From: Pseudovirgaria hyperparasitica
Taxonomy: Eukaryota
NCBI GenBank assembly: GCA_010093815.1
Contig: ML996576.1
Reading direction: 5' to 3' (one strand)
Length of the DNA stretch: 64,000 bases
The position numbers and the translations under genes were made by a program. Below are positions 1 to 12,282 of the stretch, piece by piece (within the stretch, counting starts at the first letter, position 1; each line of letters begins with the position of its first letter). Under the pieces are notes generated by a model, which worked only from the letters and a program-made list of their open reading frames with translations, searched no databases and had not been told where the DNA came from.

Positions 1-521
1 ATAAAATAACCTAGCATATATAGAGAGGATATCAGATATCGCTCATGGAACCTACTCCGTGACGCAAGCTCTAACTCTGACGAAATGGTCATGAGCCATC
101 AATACTCATGCTTTTACGGTCACCTGTAACAGAATGTGACAGGTGCTGGTAATATAGACAAAGCTGTTATTGTTGTTGTTGTTGCTGCTGTCCAGACAAT
201 CACAGCTCCAAAACGAGGGAACAGCTCGGGCGCCTAATTAATTAGCGGGGAAGTTCATTAATCACCCCTAGCTTCGGGAGCGAGGTCCGATGTCGATCCC
301 CCAAAATAGTCACGTCTCTCACCAGGTCCACGTTGAGTGCATATACCAAAGCGTAGAGTATCCGACTACGCGCGGGAGGTGCCGTTGGGCTACCTGATGA
401 TTGAGCTAAAATTACACATGACCCCCCTATACGCCACATGTCTCGTCTCCATCGCCTAGAAAACCACCCAATGCTGCGCTGGACACAGGAGATTCGTTGC
501 TCGGAGGCTGCCGACGAGCGC

Positions 522-2416
522 CTAGTCGCCGTCATCGCTGGTAGGCTTGTACATGATGGTAGTGAGAAACTATGGTCTGTTAGCCTGGATACGCAAAGGG
601 TACATACTGTACGATACGGCCTTACCTTCCTTTTGTAACGAATCGTCGCAGAAGTTGCGAGAACGTTGGAGCGGATGCTGCTGGTGGCGAGATGATTGAG
701 GACAGTGTGATTTGGGTATGTGAGGACAGAGTTATCGTCTTTCATTGGGGTCTGGCCGTTGAGGATACTCTTGTTAAGGAACTGCGGGAGCGTGGGTGGG
801 GCAGGAAGAGATCCCATGGCTTCAGTGGCGCGGGCAAAGCGAGACGAGTCTTCGGGTGCATCGAGGTCGAGCAAAAAGCGTGGAATTGTAGAGTGGTATT
901 TCTTTGGCGCAGCAGGAACGACGGGTGCAGGCTTCGTGCTGTGGGCTGGGGCCTCGGGGACCTTGAGGCCGGCGGGGGCGACTGGAGAGTTTTTAGGGAC
1001 AGAGGTGGAATGATAGGCAGCGCGGCTGGTAGGAGAAACGGCTTGATCGTGGGCGTCGGAGACGGGCTGCTTGCCTTCGGCTTTGGAGAGCTCGGAGGCT
1101 GCGGTGTGGTCTGCGCCTGGGTCATCGGGAGAGACTTCAATATAGTTGACGAGACTGTTGGTGAAGTCGACGGTGGCGGGGAGCTGATTGCTGATCTGCA
1201 TGTCCCCATCGACGATGAACTTCAAGTGATGAGTTCCGGGAAGAAGAGGAATGGTAGTCGAAAGGACATTGCTATTCGGACTTGGGCCGCTGTAGCAAAG
1301 CTATGTCAGTAAATTTACCAAGGAACGACAGTCGCGCGAGACGCCACCCACAGCTAAGACAGTCTGTCGCAACACCACCAAGCTCGCACAAGTGGCTCCT
1401 CGCCCGTATAGGAGGGAGGGCTGACTGCACGAGAGAGGGGTAGTTACATTGCAGCTAGCGACTGTGTAACGTAGCAAGAACACGAGTAGAGGAAACACTC
1501 ACTTTGGATGAAGCTTGAACTTCCTGTCCCAATCTGCAAAGGTACCGGTCACGTAGACCTTTTCACCCTCGCCATTCCACTCCAGAAGCGTGTTGACCAC
1601 ATGGCGACCCTCTTGTTCGGTAGGTAAGAAGTCGTCTGCCACACTCTCGTCGTCCTCGTCTGGCCTGCTCAGGTCGGAAGTATTGCGCAAAAGTGGCACG
1701 TCGTCGATCTGGGCGATAGGAGCGCCTGCGGAGAGGTCGGCAGGTGTGATGATGGGCGAGCCTGGAGTGTGAAGCTCCTCGGCGATGGGGAGAGGTACGC
1801 GCGGAGGCTGATGGAAGGTTGAAGGCGGAAGATACTTGTCGGGGGCGGTCGCGTGAGGGTCATTCTGAGGTTGCGAAAGTTTCGAGGCGTTTGACTGAGG
1901 GACATTCAGAGGCTGCGAGCTGACAGCAGGAAGCGGCGAAGGTCTGCGGGCGGGCGAGGCAGCCTGGACGGTTGTATCCCTTCTGGTCTTCTCTCTTGGG
2001 GTCTTTTCTCTGCTGGTTTCGTTGCCCATTGCGATGGGAATTGGTGAGGAATCGGGATTTGGGAGATGCGAGCGAACAGCTTGAGGAATTTGGATGTTTC
2101 CGGTGGTGTGGGATCTAGAACGAGCATGGACATGTGTTTTTGGAGTCACACTCGTGCGAGCAAAGGTTGCGGCGGTGACCTCGAGCGAGGCGGACGGCGG
2201 GGCGGCCGAAGACTTGACGTTATTTGGAGCCTTTGAGTTTGAGTTTGACGTGGACAGAGCTTGAACGCTGCCACGACGCTGCGGCTCTCTGCGCGGAGGA
2301 TGAGGGAACAGCGGCTGTGAAGTCAGACCGGACTGTGGAGGAATGATGTTGTTCGGAGGAGGGAGAGGCGGAGGTGGAGGAGGGTTGTGCGAGTTGCGCG
2401 AGGTGTTGTTGCCCAT
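522..2416 (-). CDS. GAL83: Snf1/AMPK kinase complex beta subunit (Gal83/Sip2 family); exons 2416-1503, 1289-626, 569-522
   Basis: MGNNTS myristoylation start. Glycogen-binding domain (LEWNGEGEKVYVTGTFADW...PGTHHLKFIVDG). ASC domain (PPTLPQFL...YPNHTVLNHLATSSI...RYKRK/FLTTIMYKP). GTGAGT..CAG and GTAAGG..TAG introns restore the frame. Confidence 0.95.
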
Positions 2417-2810
2417 GATGGCGGCGCGCGAACTGGAGAACGAACAAGACGAGAGGACGAATGAAAGCCTGAGGTTGCAAAGTGTAATTAACGGCTTCAG
2501 GTACAGGTACAGTATAATAAGGGTATTATTAAGGTTGAACGCGTGATGCCCGCGGTGTACCGTTACCGTAACCGTAAAAGTACGTAAAACCTACGTACAC
2601 GTAACCGTAACAGCTGGTGCGAGGTGGTGAGGTAAGGGCGAAAAGGCGTCCCGGGTATCGGGGAAGCTCCCAGAGCTGTTTTTGGGGCCAACAGAGCTTC
2701 TTTTTGGCGGGGTCGCTGGCTGGTGACGCCGAAAGTTGGGGGTGAGTAGACTGGCGCTGGGGCCTCGTCTAGCCTTCGTGGCGGGCGGGAGTCTGCGGTT
2801 TTAGGTTGTG

Positions 2811-2831
2811 GTTGTTGTTGTTGTTGTTGTT
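2811..2831. repeat. (GTT)7 microsatellite
   Basis: gttgttgttgttgttgttgtt read directly. Confidence 0.9.
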
Positions 2832-3538
2832 ATTACCCGGGCCTGCAAGTGAGAATCAATTCTTCTGTTGCTCCAGTGGACTGAATGTCGGGCACACGAC
2901 AGCCCAACGACAGGGCCTCCTCCCATTAGCTGGACCGATCGAGTACAGCTGAATCGTCAACGGTCAGGTTGATCCGCGAGACGAACAGAACAGTAACTAC
3001 ACAAGAAGGAAGAACCTGGAAGAGAAATGAACAGAAGAGGGTGAGAATGGAGCAGAGAGCCTGGAGATTGACGAGAGTGGGAGAGAGAGTGTGTATATGA
3101 GTGGGTGAGCGAGTGAATGAGTGTATGAGTGAGAACGAGGTCCTGCAGCTGCATATCATTCTTTTTTCTCCTGTTGACAGATGGGAACCGCAGATCTTAC
3201 TTATTATCACTCACACTCCACATTCCTTGATTAGTTCTGCCCAGTCCCCATATCTATCACTGCCTGAGCCACTAGCAAGAATCCGTCAATTGAAAGCCCA
3301 AACATTGTCCTGCGCGAATTCAACATCAACATCATCATCGTCGTCGTCATTGTCATCATCTCCAGGTCCGCCGGAGTCGTGCCTTTAGGCTCTGTCTGCT
3401 GCTTGCGGTCTGTCCTATGTACGAGACAGGGGCCGCCCATCATCATCCCCACTTCAACTCGCCAACCCATCAAAACACCTCGACCGACCCACCAATTGAT
3501 CATTCATTTCATTCCATAATTACAACCCATCAATCGAC

Positions 3539-4184
3539 ATGGCTGACATCGAAGAAGATACTGGTGCCGCCAGCCTGCCCAATGCCTCTTCTTTACACCA
3601 ATACTTCGCCCTCATCGGTAGCCTCTTCTACTACACTCTCATCCTACCCATCTACAAGCTCCTCCAGCTGCTTGTCTATCTGCTATCGCCCCTCTTCTAT
3701 GCCGTCCAGTTCCTCTTGCTGCCGGTGACATACTTACTGGGCTTTGTACTGAACATTCTTGGCTTTCCGTTTCGCTTGGAGGTTAGGACAAAGATCGAGG
3801 TATGCCCAGGTGCCTGCCTACCATTAGTTTAACCACGGACACGTGATTATGGTCGTGTGCTCACCATCTCTGCAGACCATATACACATATGTCGGTCTGG
3901 CCGTGCTACTTGGTCTCATTGCTGCCATCTCACTGCACGCCATTGTTGCCATGCTCTCGTCCGTACTCGGCTGGGACACACCCTCGTCACCACCATCTTA
4001 CGACACCAACCAGAAACCTGCGCTAAGATCTGCTGCGTCGCATAGAGCCTCACGGAGAAGAAAGCATCAGGACTCACTCGAGGACATGGATAGCTCTGAT
4101 GCAGCCAACGCTGTGCGAACGAATACGTCACCCAAATCCAAACGCACAACCTTCTTTTCGCCCCCGGTGTTCAAGGAACTGTAA
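3539..4184 (+). CDS. Uncharacterised fungal membrane protein; exons 3539-3799 and 3876-4184 (3' end uncertain)
   Basis: Hydrophobic N-half (LIGSLFYYTLILPIYKLLQLLVYLLSPLFYAVQFLLLP). GTATGC..CAG intron joins KIE/TIYTYVGLAVLLGLIAAISLH in frame. Basic, Ser-rich tail. A GTAAGT at 4181 could open a further intron. Confidence 0.7.
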
Positions 4185-4602
4185 GTATGAAAAGGCAGAA
4201 CCGCCCTCGTGCATTACTTCATGTCTTATACCCAGAGTATGTCTATATACCTGTATCAAGCGTGACAGTGATTCCGAGCTTCTTGAACTCAACTCAACCT
4301 AGTTCATGATACTACTTTTTCGTCCATACCGACAAAGCCTAACATTCCAATTCAATTCGATCCACAGCTCCATCTTGCCTTTGAATCTTTCTTCCTTCTT
4401 TCTGTTCTGTTCGTTTGAAACGTCTGTACTCTGATCCATCTACTCCAGTGCCTGAGAGACCGGGGTATTCGTCCTTCCTATCGAACGCCGTTGTGTGCCT
4501 TGCCTGTTGTTGCATCCAACATCGCCCTTCATAGATCCAGAACTCCTTTTTCACAAATATTGTGCATCTTGTTGCGTTTCAATAAAGCACAGGTAGTCGT
4601 CT

Positions 4603-5997
4603 TTAGCATCGCACCCCTGGCGATCCCACGCTGGTCGTGATGCTAGAGGAGTCTGCAAGTTCTAACGATGGGTTGCGGCCATCCATCTCCATGGGATCCA
4701 TAGTGAGCCAGTGCACAATCGATACACCCCATGTTACTGCTTCGCGTTAGTCAATATTCCAAGCAAGGATTCTGCCTGTCAAAACTCTAAACTGCCGGCC
4801 CCATGTTGCCCGTCTGTGCACCAGTACTGTGGGTCTGACAGTCCAAAATGCAAAAGGATGCAGATGCCAATAATTAGCGATACGAACGGAGAAGCCGCTA
4901 CTTACTGTCGAGCGTGCATATTGTAAAGCATACCCATCCTAGTTCACGTCCTTGAAACGTGTACAGAACCGTCAAGTTGGCCATGGTAGGAAGCAGCACC
5001 AGCAACATGCCAAGGAGGGATTTCCACAGCAGTTTCTTGACTCGCTTGAGTAGCGCTGCATTGCTGGGGTGTTCTTGATCGCTATGGCGTTTGCCAATGC
5101 CCAAGGCCCATGACGCAATAGAAACGGCTTTCGCCACGGCCGACGAAGACGTTACCGAATTTGAGCCCAGTGTCAGTAGGGGGCGTAGAAGGTAAATGAA
5201 AACTGCAGTCAGGGCGACATTGACTGCCACGTCGAACGTGAGCAAGGGGACGCTGACTTTGAGAGGCAACCCAATACGACATTTTCCATCCTCGACTGAG
5301 AGGTCGGCCATGGGCCAAATGAACCCGATGATGGCGATGCCACCAAATCCTACTGCAAGTGACACCATGCCGCCAACCCAAACCCAGTCACGAGTGCGAT
5401 TGCTGTAGGGGCTTCGCAAGATATGGATACGCTCGATTAGAAAGATATACCTGACTAGTATCAGTTGGTCTGTTCGTCGTTCGTATTGGGACACCGCGAC
5501 CATCGCGCACTCACATAAATAGTTTGCTAGCCATGTAGAACACCAAACAGACGAAGATCGCAGCTTGACACACTGCCGGTGTTGATAGGCCTAACCCAAT
5601 CTCGACGACCGCGGCGGCGAACACGAAAAAGATCCCCATGACATACATCAACACGACTGAAGCCCGCACGACGTTGATCATGAGTATGTTGTTGAGCTTG
5701 AGCTGGCGCGCGCGACATCCTTGTCGCGATTAGTTCCAAGTTCGAAAAAATGCAATTTCCAAACATACCTAGCATAGTAGCAAGCCCCATGAGACAACAC
5801 ATAGAAACGACCGTATATATAGTGCGAGCTTCTGTGGATTCTCCATAAGTGACATCTGACTGTCGGAAACTTGGATATCCGTGGCTCTCGCGAGTGCCCG
5901 TGCCATTGGCGTAGTTCAGAGTCGCAGTCTCTCTCGGATAGGGACTGCTCGCGAGATTATCGAGTACAATAGCAGAGAGCGAGTTGATTGGGCTCAT
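4603..5997 (-). CDS. Putative seven-transmembrane GPCR-like membrane protein; exons 5997-5769, 5719-5515, 5450-4906, 4736-4603
   Basis: Spliced product has about 7 hydrophobic segments, a Cys before TM3 (AVCQAAIFVCLVFYMASKLFMYIFLIERIHI), a loop Cys (GKCRIGLP) and last helix WVCFTICTLDITWGVSIVHWLT. All three introns have canonical donors, branch sites and acceptors. Confidence 0.75.
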
Positions 5998-7425
5998 GTT
6001 GTGGTCCAGCTGGGGAATCACAGGTACAATAGGTACAATAGCGAGGACTGGTGTCAGCTTGACAGAGATATGATCATATTAAGCTCGAAAACAAAGATGC
6101 AAGAACCGTTGTCGTATGGGCACGTGGTTTATGAGCGATAATCAGGTAAGTGAATCAAGGGGGTCGGATGTTTATCCTAAGTCAGTGAAGTTAAGTTAGA
6201 TGTCCTTGGGGCTGGAAACTGTTCTTGAAGTCCTTGTTTGGTCGAGCTGAACTGTTTCGCCTCTCGTGGTGAACAGGGAGAGGGTAAGCTTTGGTCCGGA
6301 AGCCATTACTACATCGATTCTCGTGATTTCCAGGCTATTGTAATCTAATGCGGGCATGTATTTGCTAGGAAGGTTACTGTGGCCCAGTGAGTGTAGTCAT
6401 GGCACTGCTTTCAGGTAGTTGAGGCGTAGATGTGGAAGAGATTGAAAGAAAAACGCCAAAATCTGCACGCGTTTCCAGGTCTGGAAAAGTGTGTACTCCC
6501 CAGATGGGTATACCTTGAGCATGCGATAGGTGATGACTGGTTCGTGAAATATTGTGGACATGTTTTGCACGACCACACCGACGAAATGATCCCAGTATGA
6601 ACCTCACGATCCAATCCTTCGAAAGGAGAAAGGATGGCAATCGACGGCCACCGCACTCATCTTAGGAGAGACCGCCGTTCCCATGCTGTTCAAAGACTTT
6701 TCACGGACTAGGGCTTGGCGCAACGCTACCACGTGCGTGTAACATATACCGGTTCAAATCAACGCGTCTTGCGGATGGTATATACCGTTCCGTCGATGTA
6801 GAGACATCAAGTCCCCACATGCAAGGGAAACCATTTCTGCCAGGTTCATTTGATGAGTGGCCTTTGACGCTGATTCTGTCTCTAAGAGGGAGCGGTTTGT
6901 GGATTTTGACGATATGCAAGACGAATAATCTGACAAAAGCTTCAACGAAAACAGGAAAGCGGTGTCGACGTGACACCAAGGCGGGAATCCTCGTGACTGC
7001 TCTTACAGACCAGACCGCGATTAATTTCACATCAGTGCGAGGCTCTCCAATACTGACTCTGAACCGAATGGCAGATATCAAGCGGCGAGGGCTGCAGCTG
7101 TATTGAGAGGGAGTTAAGATTGGAGGCTCACTGCTTTGGTGCTGCGTCTGTGTACCAAAGTCAGGCCGTCCTCAATGGAAAGGACTACTCAAGCAAGGGA
7201 TGACCGGGAGACCAAAGTTAGGGTATAGAACACGAGCGGTGCAGATGAAGATATTAGAGTGGAGTATGGAAGTGAAAATCCATACAGGACCGTGTGTTGG
7301 AGGATGATTGCCTCGTTCCCGCCATCCATTGGAACGTCACCGACGGTGACAGGCGAGATGGATGACTAAAGGCACAAACGGCTTGGCAACACTGTGACCG
7401 GATAAGGTTGGCAACACCGGCTCCG

Positions 7426-7434
7426 GGTGGCAAA
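7426..7434 (+). promoter_or_regulatory. PACE-like element GGTGGCAAA (yeast Rpn4 consensus) upstream of KIN17/RTS2
   Basis: Exact 9-mer about 125 bp before the ATG; function not demonstrable from sequence. Confidence 0.3.
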
Positions 7435-7556
7435 GTCCAGCCGAGAAGCATACCACTCATTATCATTCCACGACGGCTCCGAAACCGACCATACCTTGCG
7501 TATACCTACGTCAAACCTCTCTTCCTGCGACTACCTCCTTACGAAATACCTGAACA

Positions 7557-8552
7557 ATGCCGCGCGCAGAGGTTGGCAGTTTGAAACACTTGAACAACAA
7601 GCTAAAGTCCAAAGGCCTCCAGAGATTGCGATGGTATTGCCAGGTTTGCGAAAAGCAATGCCGAGATGAGAACGGCTTCAAATGTCACACCCAGAGCGAG
7701 TCGCATGTGCGCAACATGCAGCTTGTCGGGGAAAACGCGCACAAGTTCATCAACGACTTCTCGAACCAGTTCAAGAGTGACTTTCTACAACTGCTCCGCA
7801 CATCACATGGCGAAAAGGCAGTCCACATCAACCATTTCTACCAGACCTACATCTCGAACAAAGAACACGTACATATGAACTCAACGAAATGGCCGTCCCT
7901 AACAGAATTTGCGAAGTACTTAGGCCGCGAAGCAATATGCAGGGTCACCGAGGATGAGAAGGGCTTATACATTGCATGGATAGACTCAAGCCCGGAAGCT
8001 ATGCGCCGACAAGCAGCTCTGAGGAAGAAAGAGCGACAAGATCGCGGAGACGAAGAGCGAGAGCAAAGAATGATTGAGGATCAGGTGAAGAAAGCGCAGA
8101 AAGACGCTGAAGCCAAGGCAAAAGCACCTCCAGAGGAGGAGGCCAGAGCATTGCAACGCGTCGACGGGGAGAAGATTTCACTCAATTTCGATTTGAAGTC
8201 GGCTGTGGCATCGAAACCACCAACACCTCCGTCCACAGCAGACACATTATCAGAAATAAGTTTGGCAGCAGTTGAAAACATAAAGGATGGTGTTCCACAG
8301 GTCCTTACGCCACCAGCAGAAGATAACTCAGTTCCCGATGCGCCTATCAAGATAACACTGAGTGCGAGTAGCACAAAACCTAAGAATGTATTTGCGCACA
8401 AAAAGAGTGTATTTGCTGGGAAGAAAGTAACGGTGAAGGAACAACCGAAGAAGATGAGCGAAGCAGAGCGCATAATGCGGGAGGAACTCGAAGCGAAGCG
8501 CAAGCGGGAAGAAGCCTCAGCCGACAGAGGACCAAAGAGAATGAAGATGTGA
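7557..8552 (+). CDS. RTS2: KIN17/Rts2 zinc-finger DNA/RNA-binding protein, single exon
   Basis: KSKGLQRLRWYCQVCEKQCRDENGFKCHTQSESH zinc finger and HVHMNSTKWPSLTEFAKYLGR winged-helix motif of KIN17. Confidence 0.95.
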   Translation: MPRAEVGSLKHLNNKLKSKGLQRLRWYCQVCEKQCRDENGFKCHTQSESHVRNMQLVGENAHKFINDFSNQFKSDFLQLLRTSHGEKAVHINHFYQTYISNKEHVHMNSTKWPSLTEFAKYLGREAICRVTEDEKGLYIAWIDSSPEAMRRQAALRKKERQDRGDEEREQRMIEDQVKKAQKDAEAKAKAPPEEEARALQRVDGEKISLNFDLKSAVASKPPTPPSTADTLSEISLAAVENIKDGVPQVLTPPAEDNSVPDAPIKITLSASSTKPKNVFAHKKSVFAGKKVTVKEQPKKMSEAERIMREELEAKRKREEASADRGPKRMKM

Positions 8553-10083
8553 AGAGTATGCGCGGTCGTCATTGTGCACGTTGATGATGCTGCAGCATGA
8601 GTGTAATGAGGCGGCTTGGGCATCAAAGGTACGGCAGGATTTGCAGCATTTACACCAGACTGGATGTCATGATGGAGTTTGTGTGTCGTCACGTCTGGCG
8701 TATCGCGTGTATTGCGGGGATCTTCAACATGGACAAATCCAATATCGATCTATAGCAATTTCCGGGCCGGGCTTTCGTGAGCAGTCCATGCAGGCTACAC
8801 CAGATCTGGTAAAATGCAGGCGAGCTTGGCGCTGCACGAAAATGCTCGCAGGCCATCCATTAAAGGTTATGAAGCAAGGCAGACCTGCAGACGGTCCTAA
8901 GTAATACTACGACGACGGCATGTGGAAGACAAACAGCCCTGGAGATACAGGTGACAGGCTTGGCAGGTAGAGGGATAGGAACCTTGGGAACGGAGCGGGC
9001 GGCGGTGGGTGACGACGGCACATGAAGATGTATTAGGTGTTTGTCCGTTCAACAGAGCGGGTCCTCTCGTCCGATGACCACAGCGCCCAAAGATAACAAC
9101 ACGATAAGTAGCCATAGCCTCTTAGCCATATCATGAAGCCGTAACAAAACGGCTGTGTACAGTGCGTGTGTAAGAGGAATGAAGGGACCGAAATAGTAGC
9201 TAAATCCACTGTTGCAAAGTTGACTGTTGCGCCAACACACCAACACACCAACACGCGGCGCAGTGCTTGAAGCTGACTGGATCTGGGCGCCACCTAGAAG
9301 CGACGATCTGGCACTGGGAGTGCGTGGCTGTATACTAAGTAAAGGTTACAGTAGGCTGGTGGGCAAAAAGGGGGGGGTTTTGGCATTCGTTTCAGCACAA
9401 GGTTCTACAGTAATTAGGGAGACCAAGCAGCCATTTTCGCGTCTCTGAGGCTTGGGGGGGCTGCTTAATAGATGGCAGATGCTAGGTGCTAGGTGCTAGG
9501 TGGGGCTGCTACTGGCGGGCTGATACTGCTACTGGGGGGCTCCATACATGCTACAGTACAGTATCTTGGCCCGTCGGGTTAAGTCGTCGAAGCGCAGCCA
9601 AAAGGGAATGGATGGCTTCTAGGTTCTTTTTTGGGGGGGTGCAGGTGGCAGGTGGTGGGGTGGGGCGCCCAGCAAACAGCAACAAGCAGCAAAACAGTGC
9701 AGGGTCCTTGTCCTTCCACGCACGCTAAACGTCCCGCCATCTCCTCCGCCGCGAAGCACAGCCCTCCTGGCCTCATCACATATTCATCTTTCCAATCGCT
9801 TTCTCCTAATCTCCCCTGGAACCGCTAACCAAAACGCTCCTTCGCAAGCCTTCTTCACCACAACGTCGCTCCTTACTCTTAAACCTTTCCTCATTTCCAC
9901 TCTCTTTGTCTACACAATACTGTTACCCCCCCATATATTGTCTTATAATCCCCGTATATGGCTTAATACTTGCTCTTCTATTCTTCTAGTCGCCGTCGCG
10001 ACCTCTCTCTCTCCTCGCTTCCATCTCGACACTCATCCTCCCGACCTCAAAAACATCCTTGTCCTCCTCGTACTACAGTCAAG

Positions 10084-11236
10084 ATGCGGAAAGGCGTACT
10101 CATCTTCCTCCTGGTCCAGGTTCTCGTCATAGGAATGCTGGTCCGCAGCGTATGGACATTATTAGAGCTTCTTGTTATCGATGGCTCGAGAGATCAAATC
10201 TCCCGTGCTGAACTACCCGCTCCAAACTCTGGCGCCATTCAAGAACGACCGCAGCTGATACCAAAAATTATTCACCAAACCTACGTCAACACAAGTATTC
10301 CTGAGAACTGGAAGGAAGCTCAGCAAAGTTGCTTGGATCTTCACGAGGACTATGAATATCGAGTGCGCCTGCGTATGTCCTTCATCAGAAATATTTTAGC
10401 TAACCAAACCACAGCTTTGGACCGATAAGAAGGCTCGCGAGTTCATTGCCGCAGAGTACGTTCGGCCAATCTCAATTCACAATGAGAACAATTGTTGACA
10501 CTGTTCAGGTATCCTTGGTTCCTCGAGACTTACGACGGCTATGAACATCCCATCATGCGAGCAGACTCAATTCGATACTTTGTTCTAGCCCACTTCGGTG
10601 GCATCTACATCGACTTGGATGATGTTAGTACACAATCACAATCACATTCACGGCATCCTCCGAGCTAACAGAATACAGGGTTGCAACCGTCGTCTTGACC
10701 CTCTCCTCGCGTATCCCGCATGGGTACGGCGCACTGCTCCCACGGGTATTTCCAACGATGTAATGGGTGCCGTGCCACGCCATCCTTTCTTTCTTCGAGT
10801 CATTGATTCGCTGCCCGAATACAATCGCAATTGGGTCCTTCCGTACATCAGTATCATGGCATCCACTGGGCCTCTGTTCCTATCTCTGATTTGGAGGCAC
10901 TATGACCGTGAAGGGCCAGTTGGCGTTGACAGGGTCCGCATACTCTTCCCGGATGAATACAACAATCACCCATGGAGTTTCTTTACGCACCACATTGGCA
11001 ACAGTTGGCATGGCAAGGACGTCCAATTGATCTTCTGGATGGCTCGTCACTGGGTCATGCTCACTGTAATTGGCTTCATTGTGGGTTTCTCCGTCATCGG
11101 TTGCATGTACTGGACCTATGGTCGCTTCTCGGCCACACCCCGATATCGCATTCGCGGTTGGCGATACCGTGTCGCTCCGTGGTCACGACTAGAGAAAAAA
11201 GGTGACTACGAGCGCTCAGATCGCCACGAGGTGTGA
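10084..11236 (+). CDS. SUR1: Mannosylinositol phosphorylceramide synthase catalytic subunit (GT32); exons 10084-10362, 10415-10455, 10509-10623, 10679-11236
   Basis: IPKIIHQTY, RADSIRYFVLAHFGGIYIDLDD (DxD), GISNDVMG, STGPLFLS and GNSWH motifs; N- and C-terminal TM helices; three canonical introns. Confidence 0.93.
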
Positions 11237-12282
11237 GTCACCTCACAGGTCATAACGATTTGACGACGTCCGAAACCCCTACCCCCCAAAAATAAATCAT
11301 GATTGTGCATTATCCGGCGTTTCTAAGGTTACCAGCATCCAAGGAGTTCCATATGAACAAAATTAACGATTGTAATCACCGAGGACACCGTACATTCGCG
11401 TTCAATTCTTGTACAGATACAGGGTTTCACATGAGCAGGTTTTGACAGATTCTGCATTGTGGTGGCTTGTTGGATTAGACATCTATTCAGGTCATCACAA
11501 GAGCAAACACGTCATGTCTATAGCTCCTGTACACACAAAGCACAGCTTATTGTTATCATCAAGCGACAGGAAAACGTGACGTAGATAGAGAGGAACACTA
11601 TTTTAATCTATTCTGGCGAGCTGGCTCCGGACCAACCGAAATCGTTCATATAGGAAATGAAGAAATCAACATTCTATAGTAGTGGCGCCACCAAATTAAT
11701 GAAATGAAGCTGAACATGAAGTCCGCAAATCCTTGGCAATAAAACTTCTAGTATAACAAGCTACCCAAAACCAATAACAGTAATCTGATCTGATCAACAC
11801 GATCACGGAATACCGACCAGGTTGCCTAATGCTGCCAATAAACTGTTCTGCCACATGCGTCCTCATCACATAGATATATATACAGGATAGGTATGTATGC
11901 AGGACCGATTTGTCCAGGATGCTACTAGGCAAGAATAGTATCAACATGCCTTGTTTCCGAAATGGTATATCCCGTAGAGATGAAAAATACAAGCAGATAA
12001 CCATCCTCCAACACCCAACATACGCCGAAACAAAAAGAGGAGAAGAAAAAAAAACGCCTTTCCAATGCTGACATAGCCAAATCAGGACACTATGCTTTTT
12101 TCCTCGAACACAAGAGCCTCAGTACCTCTGACGCAGGCATACACCTACCTGTCAAACGCCACGCTAGAAATAATCAAGATACACGCACGCGGCTCTAGCC
12201 AAGAATATAACCCCAGCCAATTGGCTGTTGGGATCATCTGAGACTTCCAGACCCACTGAGGAACCGAGACACGACAGTCCCA

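Noticed and set aside
7217..7224. GTTAGGGT as telomerase template or telomere seed
   Set aside because: Single 8-mer with no repeat array or recognisable telomerase-RNA context.
8081..8692. 203-aa minus ORF, and similar ORFs at 19823-20404, 23422-23904, 50412-51005, 57067-57702
   Set aside because: Antisense shadows of well-supported genes, mostly with non-ATG starts and no motifs.
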